Assembly (NCBI GenBank): GCA_001949185.1
Contig: BDGG01000002.1
Coordinates: 7,430,448 to 7,494,447 of the forward strand
Direction: 5' to 3'
Source of the DNA: Ramazzottius varieornatus
Lineage: Eukaryota; Animalia; Tardigrada
Length of the DNA stretch: 64,000 bases
The position numbers were made by a program, and so were the translations under genes. Below the pieces are notes generated by a model. That model was not told where the DNA came from, searched no databases, and saw only the letters and a list, made by a program, of their open reading frames with translations. Each line of letters starts with the position of its first letter. Position 1 is the stretch's first letter. Positions 62,815 to 64,000 of the stretch are shown piece after piece.

Positions 62815-64000
62815 ACTCACAGATTATATTTAGTTTTTCCGTTCCAACTTTATGAAACCATCAGAAGCAAAATGCGCCCGCGGGCCGTGGCAAGAACATC
62901 GTGCGCAAGTCCGCTGTTGTAAAACAGAGCACTGTTTTTCACAGTCATACTTTTTTTCTACTTTTGTCATTCTCTCGTTTGAATGAATGTCTCAGAATGC
63001 TCTTCGATGATAAACCCAAACTTTTCGCAGGGTGTTGACTGTGTTCGCAGTGATACATAGGTAGAACCGTAGATGGATACTTCTTAACCCAAGCGTTGTT
63101 TACAGTAAGGTGGCTCTTTCTCACGCGCCACGGCTTTTGGTTTCTTAAGTCTTCAGCGATCCGTAGCAATACTCTACCCACCAAATGCCGCTTGTACTGA
63201 CGTGCTCTTCGATGTTCTTCACATGTAAAGTACGAGACAGGAGTGTCTGATTTTAGACGTGGGACTCGACTCGGGAGTCGTCAAACAGGTGTGATAATTC
63301 TCGTGTCTCGTACTTGACAATATATTTGCAGGATTATGTAGACACCGCATTGATTCTTGTCGACATAGCTGTTTATGTTTACTTACTGCAGGTCTCCAAC
63401 AGACTCTTGCTGTTGTTTCAGCGGAGAGCTCGAACAATAGCCACGCAATGGCCGTATCTTTGCTCAAACAATGGCATTACAATCCAAACTTGTGACGCCG
63501 TTTTCACAACCGGCGCGCAAGTTTACCCAACATGGTACGATCTCCTTGTGCAAAGCGCATTACCATTCTTTCCCAGTCTCTCAGGAACCACAACGACCAT
63601 TAACTGAATCCTCAGCCATGGAACCCACTGAGTTTCTCACGTCACCGCCAATCTAACTTTGTGAAATCCGCAGCTCCATCAAGATGATTTTTATTAGCAC
63701 ATGACATCGAATTTGTTTTCCGCAGTCCGCCATGTTCGGACTATCCAGCGGAACTTTCGCTGTCTTCGACACTATCTTCCTCATATCTTCCTGCCTTCTT
63801 AACCTCACTTCCTTCTTCTGTCATCCTTGCACGTGCGGAAAACAGCGATGCCTCGTGACAACCCTCTTCCTAACGGGGAACCTTCTGGCTCTCGCTTTGT
63901 ATATTCCCGATCTCGTAGCGAAATATGGCTACCCTTTACCGGTCCTCGACTCGATCTGTTCCTTCAGCTTTGTCTCATCCAACCTACTCTGTACGTACTT

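Noticed and set aside
62945-64000. Minus-strand ORF fragments at the window end
   Set aside because: Interrupted by stops, no recognisable domain, and truncated by the window edge

Overview
Gene-dense, compact eukaryotic (animal) genomic DNA with many short GT-AG introns (about 55-100 bp) and short intergenic spacers. The architecture and gene set suggest an ecdysozoan invertebrate, possibly a tardigrade; this is inference, not verified. I can reconstruct about 21 spliced protein-coding genes: RRM1 (runs off the window start), an unannotated 93-aa His/Lys/Glu-rich LEA-like protein, LYAR, NARFL/CIAO3, a small PPxY membrane protein, an SLC22 transporter, an intronless secreted LigB/Memo-like protein, a SMYD-like SET/MYND protein, UBL5, GUSB, IFT20, HHEX, TM2D2, EXOC1, CIB, DMAP1, EMC10, an Unpaired/IL-6-like secreted cytokine candidate, STX18, THUMPD3, ABHD2 and TMED9/4. 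Mobile DNA comprises two defective, intron-containing pogo-like transposons (TA target duplication, CGAGGTA termini; one lies inside a GUSB intron) and a 158-bp hairpin MITE. The most striking unexplained structure is a dispersed family of 17 palindromes, AAGTGGCGCAC-N25-GTGCGCCACTT. Spacer length is almost invariant while spacer and flank sequences are heavily diverged; 13 of 17 are intronic and none is in a coding exon. Exon boundaries were read by eye, so internal coordinates are approximate.
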